Notes under the pieces: model-generated
Database searches by the model: none
What the model was told of the DNA's origin: nothing
The model's input: only the letters and a program-made list of their open reading frames with translations
Program-made: the position numbers and the translations under genes
Assembly (NCBI GenBank): GCA_943358395.1
Contig: CALRGY010000001.1
Coordinates: 8,008 to 72,007 of the forward strand
DNA: 64,000 bases
Direction: 5' to 3'
Source: Candidatus Uhrbacteria bacterium
Lineage (GTDB): Bacteria > Patescibacteriota > Patescibacteriia > UBA9934
In this document: positions 40,762 through 50,850 of the stretch, piece after piece
Position numbering within the stretch: the stretch's first letter is position 1
Layout: the number at the start of each line of letters is the position of its first letter

Positions 40762-41240
40762 AGTCTTTTTGATTTACAGAACACTACAATCGCCCAAACG
40801 ATGATCGCGAGCTCAGCAAGAAACGACCAATGTGTGATGAAGCTGAACACCCAAAAGGCGTGAGTCGCGGGAACGGTTACCAAAGAAATACTCTGCGAGC
40901 TCCAAGGATACAACCAGGAGATTCCTCCAGCGAATGTATCGAGAATGAGGTGAAGAAAAATGTTCGAGAAGAAGATGAGAGCGATCGTAGAAACGATGCG
41001 GCTTTTGTAATACAGATTTCCGATCGTGACCGTCACCCATAGCGTGATCCAAAAAATTGGAAGGTGCGTCCAATATTCGTGATGGGGCGTCTGGCGGTGA
41101 TCAATAAAATAAAAATAGAACAAATCAATGTCCGGCAACACACTCGCCACCAAACCAATCCAAAAATACTTCGTTTGGCGGATTCGATCTTGAATTCCCT
41201 TCGTCAAAAGATATCCGGCGGGCAAGTGCGCAAGAAACAT
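40758..41240 (-). CDS. Membrane metal-dependent hydrolase (YdjM-like)
   Basis: MFLAHLPAGY, PDID, HHEYWTH, HLILD. Confidence 0.8.
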   Translation of the reverse strand: MFLAHLPAGYLLTKGIQDRIRQTKYFWIGLVASVLPDIDLFYFYFIDHRQTPHHEYWTHLPIFWITLWVTVTIGNLYYKSRIVSTIALIFFSNIFLHLILDTFAGGISWLYPWSSQSISLVTVPATHAFWVFSFITHWSFLAELAIIVWAIVVFCKSKRL

Positions 41241-41360
41241 ACTCAGAAGAGTGTACACGAAATCTGAAGAAACCGACCATCCGATCCACCCCTACTGTAA
41301 GTGTCGTAAAACTTATACAGTATGCCATCATCCCCTCACGATCATGTATACTTTTCCTAT

Positions 41361-41630
41361 ATGAAGAGAAGAACACTTGGAATACTGTGTTTGGTAGTTC
41401 CTATTTCACTTATTGTTTGCACACTCTCACTATACGCAATCCTCAGCTTCATTCTTGCAAGCGTCATGGGTTCATCGGGTGAGGCTTCTTCCGCCACAGT
41501 TCTTTTTGGAGGAATTGTGAAAGCTATTCTTAGCGCACTCGGATTGATAGCAGTTTTCGGTATTCCGCTCGGCATTCCTATAGGAATATATCTTCTGTGC
41601 ACACCAGAAAAATTAAAGGGAACTAAATAG
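41361..41630 (+). CDS. Small 2-TM membrane protein
   Basis: MKRRTLG... hydrophobic 89 aa. Confidence 0.6.
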   Translation: MKRRTLGILCLVVPISLIVCTLSLYAILSFILASVMGSSGEASSATVLFGGIVKAILSALGLIAVFGIPLGIPIGIYLLCTPEKLKGTK

Positions 41631-41633
41631 AAT

Positions 41634-41758
41634 TAGGACTTTCTCATTTTAGACCAGTTTCGATGAAGATCGAGGAAATCGTCTGAGACGTACTTCATGG
41701 TACGTTGAAGACGTTTCCGATGATCTGAGTCGAAAATGGGCAAAATGAGGAAGTCCTA
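41634..41758 (+). mobile_element. HP125 copy 6
   Basis: TAGGACTTTCTC...GAGGAAGTCCTA, 125 bp. Confidence 0.85.
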
Positions 41759-41764
41759 AAGTAC

Positions 41765-41799
41765 AAAAAATACCTCACCAATATGATGAGGTATTTTCT
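41765..41799 (-). terminator. Terminator after rpsI
   Basis: AAAAAATACCTCA-loop-TGAGGTATTTT. Confidence 0.7.
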
Positions 41800-41804
41800 T
41801 CTGC

Positions 41805-42203
41805 TTAACGCTTGCGCCACTGTGGTGAACGGCGGGCACCGCGCTTTCCGAACTTCTTACGTTCCTTTTTGCGAGGATCGCGGGTCATGAGACCAGCTGC
41901 TTTGAGCGCTGTTTTCAATTCCACTTCGGAAAGAACGAGCGCACGAGCAATACCGAGACGGGCGGCATCGGCCTGACCGATCGATCCCCCGCCGCTTGTT
42001 TTGATTGTAACGTCGAATTTTTCAGTTGCACCAACTTCTTTCAATGGGCGCATGACCATCCGTTGCAATTCTGCCGTTGGGAAGAAAACCTCAAATGGCT
42101 TTTCGTTCACCGTCATTTTTCCAGAACCCGATGGGTAGAGGCGTACCTGAGCGGTTGCCGTCTTTCTGCGACCGAGAGCCTGAATATATTTCGTGGTTGC
42201 CAT
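41805..42203 (-). CDS. rpsI: 30S ribosomal protein S9
   Basis: GRRKTATA, TRDPRKKERKK, PQWRKR. Confidence 0.97.
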   Translation of the reverse strand: MATTKYIQALGRRKTATAQVRLYPSGSGKMTVNEKPFEVFFPTAELQRMVMRPLKEVGATEKFDVTIKTSGGGSIGQADAARLGIARALVLSEVELKTALKAAGLMTRDPRKKERKKFGKRGARRSPQWRKR

Positions 42204-42205
42204 AA

Positions 42206-42565
42206 TTACTTGGAAATGGTGAGGCGGAGCATGCGTGCCGTGCGATGCTTATTCTTTGGAAGCATGCGACTTACTGCAGCTTTGAGAACTTCGCGAGGGT
42301 CTTTCTCCCACATTTGGCGCATGGTCTTCGTCTTCAATCCACCTGGGTATCCAGAGTGATGATGATATTCCTTCTCCTCGTACTTCTTTCCTGTGACGAG
42401 AATCTTTTCACAGTTCGTCACAATCACGTCGTCTCCAGCATCGATGTTCGATTGGAAATTTGCATTCGTCTTGCCCATGAGGTGCATGGCAATATCGGTT
42501 GCAAGACGCCCAAGAATTTTTCCGGAAGCATCGACCGAGTAGGTTTTTCGAGTAATGATTGCCAT
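42206..42565 (-). CDS. rplM: 50S ribosomal protein L13
   Basis: DASGKILGRLA, HSGYPGGLK, MLPKN. Confidence 0.96.
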   Translation of the reverse strand: MAIITRKTYSVDASGKILGRLATDIAMHLMGKTNANFQSNIDAGDDVIVTNCEKILVTGKKYEEKEYHHHSGYPGGLKTKTMRQMWEKDPREVLKAAVSRMLPKNKHRTARMLRLTISK

Positions 42566-42566
42566 A

Positions 42567-42917
42567 TTAGACGAATTCAATAACAGCGACTTCTGCGGCA
42601 TCACCCTGACGAATACCCATCTTTGTCAGACGAGTGTATCCACCATTGCGATCCTTAAACCGTGGCGCAAGAACTTCGATAAGCTTTTTCACCGGCTGCT
42701 CTGTTGAGAAGTAGGCTAAAAGCTGACGACGAGATGCAAGAGTATTGGTTTTTGCTACCGTAATCATCTTTTCGACGACTGGACGAAAAACCTTTGCCTT
42801 GCCAGCGGTGACTTCAATACGCTCATATGTAACCATCGCCGTAACGAGGTCACGAATGAGAGCTTTGCGAGCCGAGGACTTTCGCCCTAATGTTTTTGTA
42901 GTATTTCTGTGGCGCAT
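42567..42917 (-). CDS. rplQ: 50S ribosomal protein L17
   Basis: MRHR..LGR, RNGGYTR, RQGDAA. Confidence 0.97.
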   Translation of the reverse strand: MRHRNTTKTLGRKSSARKALIRDLVTAMVTYERIEVTAGKAKVFRPVVEKMITVAKTNTLASRRQLLAYFSTEQPVKKLIEVLAPRFKDRNGGYTRLTKMGIRQGDAAEVAVIEFV

Positions 42918-42921
42918 ACAA

Positions 42922-43668
42922 TTATTCTTGTGGTGCGTCTTCCGCAGCACGAGTAATTTGTTCCGTAAGACTTGCGTGGCTCAACTGACCTTGAATCCAC
43001 GTAAAATGGTTCAATAAAATTTTCGTTGTCTGTTCAACCGCTTCCTGAGGAGTAACGGTTCCGTCGGTGGTGATATTCATGATGAGCTTATCGTAGTTGG
43101 TGATTTCTCCAACGCGAGTATTCTCCACACGGAATCCTACGTTCCGCACTGGGCTAAACATTGCATCAACAGCGATGACGCCAATTTCCGTTGGCGCGCT
43201 GTCACGTTCTTCCGTGGGAACGTACCCACGACCACGAGAAACAGTGATTTCCATATCGAACGGTGTCTTTGCATCTGTAATGGTTGCAATTTCAAGTTCT
43301 GGATTTGCGATATCGACATCGGCATTCTTTTCAATTGCCGCAGCAGTCACAACACCAACTTTATTTGTTACAAGTTTGAGAACAACTGGTTCTTCGCTGT
43401 GCACACGCATGCGAAGCTTCTTGATATTGAGCATGATGTCGAGCACATCTTCTTTCACCCCAGGAACCGTAGAAAACTCGTGTTGAACGCCTTTGATTTT
43501 CATTGCCGTAACAGCCGCACCAGGAAGTGATGACAAAAGAACACGACGGAGCGAATTCCCAACCGTTGTTCCGTATCCGTGATGGAGCGGTTCAATGGTT
43601 AAAATTGATTCGTTTGCAACAACGCCGGGGGCGAAGTGCATCTTTGACGGAAGAAAAATGGTCTCCAT
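42922..43668 (-). CDS. rpoA: RNA polymerase alpha subunit (NTD only)
   Basis: [37 protein letters not shown]; 248 aa. Confidence 0.95.
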   Translation of the reverse strand: METIFLPSKMHFAPGVVANESILTIEPLHHGYGTTVGNSLRRVLLSSLPGAAVTAMKIKGVQHEFSTVPGVKEDVLDIMLNIKKLRMRVHSEEPVVLKLVTNKVGVVTAAAIEKNADVDIANPELEIATITDAKTPFDMEITVSRGRGYVPTEERDSAPTEIGVIAVDAMFSPVRNVGFRVENTRVGEITNYDKLIMNITTDGTVTPQEAVEQTTKILLNHFTWIQGQLSHASLTEQITRAAEDAPQE

Positions 43669-43693
43669 AGGGAAGGTTATGAGACGAATGCGA

Positions 43694-44314
43694 TTACCGC
43701 ATTGAGTAAAACTCGATAATGAGCTTTGGATCGTATGCTTCCTTCAAATCATCCCCCATTGGAAGACTCACCACTTTACCAACCAAATCGTCACGATGTA
43801 ACCAACCAGCAACACGATGCGTCTTCAAACGCTCTTCAAGATCTGTAAACACTTTCTTCTCTTTCTTGCTTGCCTTAATTTCAATCACGTCATTCACCTG
43901 CACAGTATACGATGGAATGTTTAATTTCTTTCCATTCACAAAGAACATGCAGTGGCTTACCATTTGACGCGCCTGAGGACGAGTCTTTGCAAAGCCAAGG
44001 CGATATACCGTGTTATCCAATCGCTGCTCAAGCAAACGACCAAGATTTTCCCCGGTGTTCCCTTCCATGCGTGTTGCCTTGACGAAATAATTACGGAACT
44101 GTCGCTCCATAATACCGTACAATCGCTTTGCCTTCTGCTTTTCGCGCAATTGAGTGCCGAAAACAGAAACTTTCGCTGGACGACCGCCCGCTTTTCCGTG
44201 AACGCCAGGAGCGTACGGACGCTTTTGCATGACCTTAAGCACGCTCGTAGATGCCGACAATGCGACACCCTCACGACGGCTCATCTTTCCCATTGGAATA
44301 AGAGTCTTTCCCAT
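43694..44314 (-). CDS. rpsD: 30S ribosomal protein S4
   Basis: QLREKQKAK, LEQRLDNTVYRLG. Confidence 0.97.
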   Translation of the reverse strand: MGKTLIPMGKMSRREGVALSASTSVLKVMQKRPYAPGVHGKAGGRPAKVSVFGTQLREKQKAKRLYGIMERQFRNYFVKATRMEGNTGENLGRLLEQRLDNTVYRLGFAKTRPQARQMVSHCMFFVNGKKLNIPSYTVQVNDVIEIKASKKEKKVFTDLEERLKTHRVAGWLHRDDLVGKVVSLPMGDDLKEAYDPKLIIEFYSMR

Positions 44315-44317
44315 AGA

Positions 44318-44776
44318 TTACATGCGACGAGCACGACGTGGACGGCAGCCATTGTGTGGCACCGGTGTCGTGTCTTTAATGGAGAGAACGTTGAATCCCA
44401 CTGTGTTGAGTGCGCGTACTGCAGCATCTCGGCCGTTACCGATACCCGTCACAAATACATGCACATCCTTCAAGCCAAACTGTTCCACTTTCTCAAACAC
44501 CTTCTTCACAATAACGCTTGCTGCGAAAGGCGTTGCCTTCTTTGGACCTTTAAAGCCACAATTTCCAGCACTGGACCACGCAACAATGTTTCCGTTCGGA
44601 TCAGTCAACGATACAATGGTGTTGTTGAAACTTGCATGAACGTACGCGCGGCCTTGAGGAATCTGACGCACCGCCTTTTTCTTCCCTTTTACCGCTCCAC
44701 GTGCCGGCTTTCCAGCTACCGTCTTTGCGTCGCCGTCAGTTACAGCAGCAGGAGTAATGATTTCTTCTTCAGTCAT
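44318..44776 (-). CDS. rpsK: 30S ribosomal protein S11
   Basis: ASFNNTIV, TPFAA, PHNGCRP. Confidence 0.97.
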   Translation of the reverse strand: MTEEEIITPAAVTDGDAKTVAGKPARGAVKGKKKAVRQIPQGRAYVHASFNNTIVSLTDPNGNIVAWSSAGNCGFKGPKKATPFAASVIVKKVFEKVEQFGLKDVHVFVTGIGNGRDAAVRALNTVGFNVLSIKDTTPVPHNGCRPRRARRM

Positions 44777-44779
44777 AGC

Positions 44780-45166
44780 TTAGGTCTTAGCAAGAGTACG
44801 ACGACCACTTCCAGCAGTCTTACGAACATTCCCACGAACAGTACGGGAATTAGACTTTGTTCGCTGACCACGAACCGGCAAGCCACGCGTGTGACGGGTT
44901 CCGCGGTATGACGCGATGTCTTTTAATCGCTTAATGTTCGAAAGAACATCTCGACGAAGCTCGCCTTCAACGCGATATTCCTTTTCCACAATCACACGAA
45001 CTGCATTTTCTTGATCCAATGTGAGGTCCTTCACTCGAAGGTTACCATCAACACCGGAGCGAGTGAGAACATCTGCGGATCGCTTTTCGCCGATACCGTA
45101 AATATACTGCAATGCAACGTATAATTTCTTCTGCGTTGGTAATGTAACACCAGCAATACGTGCCAT
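44780..45166 (-). CDS. rpsM: 30S ribosomal protein S13
   Basis: MARIAGV, GLPVRGQRTK. Confidence 0.97.
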   Translation of the reverse strand: MARIAGVTLPTQKKLYVALQYIYGIGEKRSADVLTRSGVDGNLRVKDLTLDQENAVRVIVEKEYRVEGELRRDVLSNIKRLKDIASYRGTRHTRGLPVRGQRTKSNSRTVRGNVRKTAGSGRRTLAKT

Positions 45167-45170
45167 AGAT

Positions 45171-45284
45171 TTAGCCTTGACGTTGCTTATGCTTAGGAGT
45201 CTTACAAATCACCCGTACCCGACCCTCACGACGGATCGTCTGGCAATCACGACACATTTTCTTCACGGAAGCGCGAACCTTCAT
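45171..45284 (-). CDS. rpmJ: 50S ribosomal protein L36
   Basis: Manual translation [37 protein letters not shown]. Confidence 0.96.
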   Translation of the reverse strand: MKVRASVKKMCRDCQTIRREGRVRVICKTPKHKQRQG

Positions 45285-45384
45285 AAGGAGGTACTAATTA
45301 CGTTACGCAGTGATAAAAGACAAAATCATCTGAAACAACTTCAAGATGATTGTGAATGAGGCTCGAGATTCCGTCTCAGATGAG

Positions 45385-45509
45385 TTAAACGGTTCCAGTT
45401 TAGGCGAGTTTCGATGCGCATCGAGCAAAGCTTCCGAGACGTACTTCACGGTACGTTGAGGAAGTTTGCGATGATGCAAGTCGAAAATCAACAAACTGGG
45501 GCCGTTTAA
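45385..45509 (+). mobile_element. HP125 copy 7 (divergent termini); contains infA stop
   Basis: TTAAACGGTTCCAGTTT...GAGACGTAC-ttcacg-GTACGTTGAG...AAACTGGGGCCGTTTAA, 125 bp. Confidence 0.82.
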
Positions 45510-45721
45510 AATCTGAACGTGATTCGTGCTTTCGTGAGATCATACGGACTGATCTCAACTTTGACGTCGTCACCAGGAAGGACTCGAATGCGATTTTTTC
45601 GCAACTTCCCTGCCAAGTGACCAACAACTTCGCGGTCATTTTCGAGCTTTACCCGGAAGCTTCCACCAGGAAGGCTTTCCAGAATCTCACCGCGCATTTC
45701 AATAAAATCTTTTTCTGCCAT
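45506..45721 (-). CDS. infA: Translation initiation factor IF-1
   Basis: [24 protein letters not shown]. Confidence 0.97.
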   Translation of the reverse strand: MAEKDFIEMRGEILESLPGGSFRVKLENDREVVGHLAGKLRKNRIRVLPGDDVKVEISPYDLTKARITFRF

Positions 45722-45789
45722 AACTAGCGAGAGTATACCACATTCGCTTTGCAGCGAGCGCGGTACTACCGCGAAAGTAAAGCACGAAA

Positions 45790-45818
45790 AGTATAAGATA
45801 CCCCCACCGAAGTGTCAA
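45790..45818 (-). promoter_or_regulatory. sigma70 promoter of infA operon
   Basis: Minus strand TTGACA-N17-TATACT. Confidence 0.65.
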
Positions 45819-47714
45819 TCATTTACCCCCATATTCACTCTTTCTTCCCAAAATTGCCTTTATTCTACGTACTCCCGCAGAAACTGCCTCTTCCTTCACA
45901 AGAGTAATTCCACCAAGTTCTCCCGTGTGCTCTACATGAGGTCCCCCGCAAATTTCTTTACTAAAATCCCCAACAGAATACACCTTAATCTTGTCACCGA
46001 TCGTCGCGTACTTGTCGCCGAAGAGCCCAATAGCGCCACGATCCTTCGCCTCATCCACCGTGAGCATCTCAAATTTCACCGGAAGATCCTTCGTGATCTG
46101 TTCATTGATGATCTTTTCAACCTCAGTAACCTGTTCAGGAGTCATCTTTTCACCGTGGCTAAAGTCAAACCGCAGTCGTTCCGCCGTGATATTACTGCCT
46201 TTTTGGGCGACATGATTACCGAGCACCGTCCGCAACGCCTGATGCAAAAGATGCGTCGCTGTATGCAATTTCGTGGTTTCCACGGAATGATCGGCTAATC
46301 CCCCGGCGAACTTCTGCTCCGATCCGGCACGAGACAAATCTTGGTGTTTCTTAAAATCAACCGCGAATTGATCGGCGTCGACGTTGAGACTATACGATCG
46401 CTGCAACTCTTCCGTTGTCAGTTCCAACGGAAAACCAAAGCTTTGATACAGGTTAAACGCATCCGTCCCCGTCACCCCGTTCCCGCGATCCACAATCTTC
46501 TTCAGCTCACGAAGCCCCTGCTCAATAGTCTTCGCAAACTTTGTTTCCTCGGTTTCGATGGCACCCAGGATCGCTTCTCGCTTTTCATCGAGATTCGGAT
46601 ACGCCTCCTTATACATCTCGATGTAGGCCTCAGAAACCGATCGCACGATGGCATTCGCGACTCCGAGCTTCCGGGCAAAACGCACAGCTCTTCGAAGCAA
46701 ACGGCGAACGAAATACCCCTGATCCTTATTCCCCGGCAACACCCCGTCACCAATAAGGAATGTTGCAGCACGAATATGATCAAGAATCACCCGGAATGCG
46801 TAGGTATCCTCGTCATTCGACCCATAAGTCTTATTTGTCGAATGTTCGAGTGCTGCTCGTGCTGATGAAAACGCATCAATCAAAAACACATCCGGATTCC
46901 CATTCACCGCAGCCGCAATACGCTCTAATCCCCCACCGAAATCAACATTTCTCTGTGGCAATGCCTTAAATCCTTCTGCCGTTTTCACGTACTGCATGAA
47001 CACGTTGTTGCCGATCTCCATGAATCGGCCGCAATCACAGTTCACATGACACACAGGATCGGCGAGTGGAGACTGTTCATGAAGACCAAGTTCTACGCCA
47101 AAATCCCAAAACATTTCTGTATCTGGACCACCGGGTTCACCAATTGGCATGTTCGCTGGAACTCCAGCACGGCTCCACCAGTTTTTCTTTTCAGGGTACG
47201 TAAAAATACGACCACCCTGTAATCCGTTCGTATCCGCATCTTCGATAACAGACGTATCGATTCCAGAATCCGCGAAACATTTCGTCCAAAGCGCAATCGC
47301 CTCGTCATCACGACCCACTCCGATGTCGGAGTTTCCGCGAAACACCGTCACGTACAAATTCTTCGGCTCGAGTTTCAATTCGCCGATCAAAAACTCATAC
47401 ATCCACGGAATCTGTTCGTTCTTGAAGTAGTCGCCCAGACTCCAGTTGCCGAGCATTTCAAAGAATGTGGTGTGGCGGTTGTCGCCGACTTCTTCGATGT
47501 CTCCAGAACGGAAGCACTTCTGACTATCGGCAATACGGGTTCCCGCGGCGTGTTTCTCGCCAAGAAGATACTGAATCATCGGCTGCATCCCCGATCCCGT
47601 AAAAAGGGTTGTTGGATCATTTTCCGGCAATAATGACGACGACGGGATAACGGCATGCCCGTGTTTTTTAAAGAAATCAAGGTATTTTTGACGAATGTCG
47701 TTGGTGGTAAGCAT
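45819..47714 (-). CDS. alaS: Alanyl-tRNA synthetase, short form
   Basis: HTTFFEMLGNWS, HTATHLL, EICGGPH, GVRRIKA; no C-Ala domain. Confidence 0.96.
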   Translation of the reverse strand: MLTTNDIRQKYLDFFKKHGHAVIPSSSLLPENDPTTLFTGSGMQPMIQYLLGEKHAAGTRIADSQKCFRSGDIEEVGDNRHTTFFEMLGNWSLGDYFKNEQIPWMYEFLIGELKLEPKNLYVTVFRGNSDIGVGRDDEAIALWTKCFADSGIDTSVIEDADTNGLQGGRIFTYPEKKNWWSRAGVPANMPIGEPGGPDTEMFWDFGVELGLHEQSPLADPVCHVNCDCGRFMEIGNNVFMQYVKTAEGFKALPQRNVDFGGGLERIAAAVNGNPDVFLIDAFSSARAALEHSTNKTYGSNDEDTYAFRVILDHIRAATFLIGDGVLPGNKDQGYFVRRLLRRAVRFARKLGVANAIVRSVSEAYIEMYKEAYPNLDEKREAILGAIETEETKFAKTIEQGLRELKKIVDRGNGVTGTDAFNLYQSFGFPLELTTEELQRSYSLNVDADQFAVDFKKHQDLSRAGSEQKFAGGLADHSVETTKLHTATHLLHQALRTVLGNHVAQKGSNITAERLRFDFSHGEKMTPEQVTEVEKIINEQITKDLPVKFEMLTVDEAKDRGAIGLFGDKYATIGDKIKVYSVGDFSKEICGGPHVEHTGELGGITLVKEEAVSAGVRRIKAILGRKSEYGGK

Positions 47715-47744
47715 AGAAAGATGAAGGAATTGTAGCCGAAGCAT

Positions 47745-48583
47745 TGATGGGATGGAAGGGAATCGGAGGAAAAGTGTGTGAAAGTGAAGGGAGTCTTTGG
47801 AGGGGGTTGGGAAGAAGTGAGTCTTGGAATGGGCTGTGAACGGGGAGTCGGAGGGGGTGGGGCTTGCGTTTTCAAAAGGGGCATCCTACTAATGCAACTG
47901 AGTTGCATGTAGGGGATGGGATAGCGATTGGGATTCGATGAGGATCGATTGTGTTTATCGAGAATGATCGAGATTCTGATGGAGACGGTCGATGTGATGT
48001 TTCATAGGTTTTTTTGCGTACCATCGATCGTGTTGATCGATTTTCACCATCGGAATCTGACCATATGCTTTGAAAAAAGAGTGCTCTCGCTAACGCGAAT
48101 GATTCGCGATAAGGAAACGGTCATCGATATTCGGTGCCCCGATGAGGTACGGCGACAAGGCGTAGAATCGACGATTCATGATCGTGAGCATTACAGTCGT
48201 CTTTCGCTGATTTCACTGTTACGCCGTGTTCAGATGGAAAGTTTTTCAACCCTCAAAAGCGAGGGCGCCTTCACAAAACGCGATACCCAAGCTGCCGAAT
48301 ATACCCGTCGATAGCACCTATCGCATCACGTTCGCTTCCTAATCTCAAACCCATTCCAAAGATTCCCATCACTTCACGATCCCTCACCCTCTCCAACTCC
48401 CCCTTCCCACTTCGCTCTTCGAGCTTCGAGGGACAAGTGGCAGGAGGAGGGTTCTCATCCAACTCTCACAACCCACCCCAAAGACTCACATCACTTCCCA
48501 TTTCACGTTCCCGTCACCACATTCCCAACACCCTCCAAAGACTCACCTCACTTCCCATTCCCAACCCCTTCAAAAGATCACTC
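47745..48583. repeat. Large foldback element FB2
   Basis: Purine-rich left arm (GAGTCTTTGGAGGGGGTTGGGAA) mirrored by right arm (TTCCCAACACCCTCCAAAGACTC); core homologous to reverse complement of FB3 core. Confidence 0.75.
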
Positions 48584-49246
48584 TCACGTCCCCTCATCCC
48601 ACGTCACCCTCCCATCCCCAGCACTATCAATATCCTCCCCCAATACTCGTGGCGACGCATGCGTTATCACATCAATCATCGCTTTTACATTCGCGAATAT
48701 TTCGCGTGCGGTATACCGAACAATGCCCCGATATGTTCGACGATCTGCCGCAACACCTTGCGCCTCAATCCCGAATGCATTCGCAAGATACAGTGCTCTG
48801 GGAAGATGGTACGCCTGCGTGACAATAATCGCCTTCGTCACACCAAAGACGTTCTTTGCCCGAATCATCGAATCGTACGTATCAAACCCAGCGTGGTCGA
48901 GAAAAATGTCGTCAGGGTCAACATTCGCTCCAAGCAAATACAGACGCATCGCATTCACTTCATCGTATTCGATTTGCCCATCATCGCCACTCACCAAAAT
49001 CTTCTCAATGAATCCTGCACGATACAAATCAACTGCCGTCACCAAACGATCCCGTAAAATGTCCGACGGCTCACCATTCGCTCTCACACTTGCCCCAAGC
49101 ACAATAGCAATTGGCGCATAGCTCACCTGATCTATTGGTACAATCGCCGATCGGAACTGAAAAATAATCACATTCATTCCCAACGCCACACACGCCCAAA
49201 AGGCTACAATACACCCCAAAAAGACCAATACTCGTCTTTTCCTCAT
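48584..49246 (-). CDS. SanA/ElyC (DUF218) family protein
   Basis: IVLGASV, ILVSGD, DHAGFDTYDS, TQAYHLPRA. Confidence 0.9.
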   Translation of the reverse strand: MRKRRVLVFLGCIVAFWACVALGMNVIIFQFRSAIVPIDQVSYAPIAIVLGASVRANGEPSDILRDRLVTAVDLYRAGFIEKILVSGDDGQIEYDEVNAMRLYLLGANVDPDDIFLDHAGFDTYDSMIRAKNVFGVTKAIIVTQAYHLPRALYLANAFGIEAQGVAADRRTYRGIVRYTAREIFANVKAMIDVITHASPRVLGEDIDSAGDGRVTWDEGT

Positions 49247-50850
49247 ACCACCGTACTTACTACCTCTACCGGCGCTGAACGCCGAAACATCTTTCGATGA
49301 ATGCTGCGAGTAAACGCTGTCATATCTTCGTTGCGTAGCACGAGACCGCACGCAATGTATGCCGCAAAACCTAAGCCCCCAGCGAATGCCGTCTGCACAA
49401 ACACGCTTATCCATGAATTTAACGGAATCAACCCCACCACCGCATATTTCACACCTTGAGTAACGACGCCGCCGATCACTGCGGCAATTGAAATGATGAA
49501 TGTTGTTCGGAGAATACGTTTTTCATCCAACGCCCCCACTTTGTGCCGCAAACACACCCACAACAGCGCGATCTGAACAATCGCTGAAATACTGAATGCT
49601 GCACTCAACCCAATAACACCAAAATGCGGAGCCAACACCGAGCCAAGCCCGATGTTCACCACTGTCGAAATTATCGCCACGACAAACGGCGTTTTTGCAT
49701 CTTCAAGGGCAAAGAATGCACGCACCAAAATAGTCACCAATGCCTGTGCTGCAAAGCTCATGGTAAATAATGCCAAGGTATCCGCGGTGGTCACCGTGGC
49801 AGCCCAATCAAAGTTCTTTCCCCCAAACGCCAAACGTACCAGCTGTGCACGCAGAAGCAAAAACATCACCGTTGCCGGCACAATCCAGAGCAAAACATTT
49901 CGAACAGCACTGGAAAACGTCTGCACAAACCCAAGCATATCTTTTGCAGCGACTCGCTCACAAAGCATAGGAAACGATGCCACGGCATACGCCATTGCAA
50001 TCACGCCAATCGGAAACGAATTGAGGTTATACGCCAGCTTAAACACTGTTGTTGACCCAGCAAGAAGCACGCTTGCCATTGCCGTCATCACCACAAAATT
50101 CCCCTGGCTCACCGCAAGCCCCAGTACCCGAGGAATCATTTGAATCGCGGTGGTGCGGAGGTCAGGATCTCGCAGATTAAACACAGGGCGATAGGTATAC
50201 CCCAAGGCATACACGCCAATCCCCTGAAGAAGCGCGTGCATCATCGCGCCAAGAACACTCCCCCACGCCAAACCAATCGGACCAAGTACTGGAACAAAAA
50301 TGATGACACCGACGATGATGCCGATATTGTTGACGATGGGGGCAAGAGCATACAAGAAGAACCGACGGGTTCCCTGCAGCACCGAACCAAACACCATCGA
50401 TGCCGCAAAGAATAGCTCCGCGATATACATCACACGGCTCATCGAAACCGTCATTGCCATCTTCTCTACACCGTATCCTGGCGCAATAATCGGCACCGTC
50501 CATGGAGCAGTCAGTATTGCAAGCCCTGCTGCCACCGCAAACACCACACCAAACACATTGAAAATAGTATTCGTAAACCGCCACGCTTTCTCAGCATCAT
50601 GATGATAATGCTTGGCAAAAATGGGAATAAAGCTTGCAGAAAGGGCGCCAAGAATGAGCAACTGCAGGAGCAAATCGGGAATAAGGAACGCGCTGGTATA
50701 CGCATCAAGTGTATCCCCTGCTCCAAACGTTCCTGCCAAAATATAATCCCGCAATGCGCCAAAGAGTCGCGACACCATCGATAGCCCACCGATGATGAAG
50801 GCAGCACTCGTAATGCTTCCAGCTTTACTCGTGAAAAGCTTCTTGATCAT
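49243..50850 (-). CDS. murJ: Lipid II flippase MurJ
   Basis: SRLFGALRD, DAYTSAFLIPD, GALSASFIP, RAFFALEDAKTP. Confidence 0.93.
   Translation of the reverse strand: MIKKLFTSKAGSITSAAFIIGGLSMVSRLFGALRDYILAGTFGAGDTLDAYTSAFLIPDLLLQLLILGALSASFIPIFAKHYHHDAEKAWRFTNTIFNVFGVVFAVAAGLAILTAPWTVPIIAPGYGVEKMAMTVSMSRVMYIAELFFAASMVFGSVLQGTRRFFLYALAPIVNNIGIIVGVIIFVPVLGPIGLAWGSVLGAMMHALLQGIGVYALGYTYRPVFNLRDPDLRTTAIQMIPRVLGLAVSQGNFVVMTAMASVLLAGSTTVFKLAYNLNSFPIGVIAMAYAVASFPMLCERVAAKDMLGFVQTFSSAVRNVLLWIVPATVMFLLLRAQLVRLAFGGKNFDWAATVTTADTLALFTMSFAAQALVTILVRAFFALEDAKTPFVVAIISTVVNIGLGSVLAPHFGVIGLSAAFSISAIVQIALLWVCLRHKVGALDEKRILRTTFIISIAAVIGGVVTQGVKYAVVGLIPLNSWISVFVQTAFAGGLGFAAYIACGLVLRNEDMTAFTRSIHRKMFRRSAPVEVVSTVV

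Noticed and set aside
43952-44911. 319-aa plus-strand ORF
   Set aside because: Antisense shadow of rpsD/rpsK/rpsM
47928-48314. 128-aa ORF in the FB2 core
   Set aside because: The homologous FB3 segment has indels and stops in that frame; no recognisable motif
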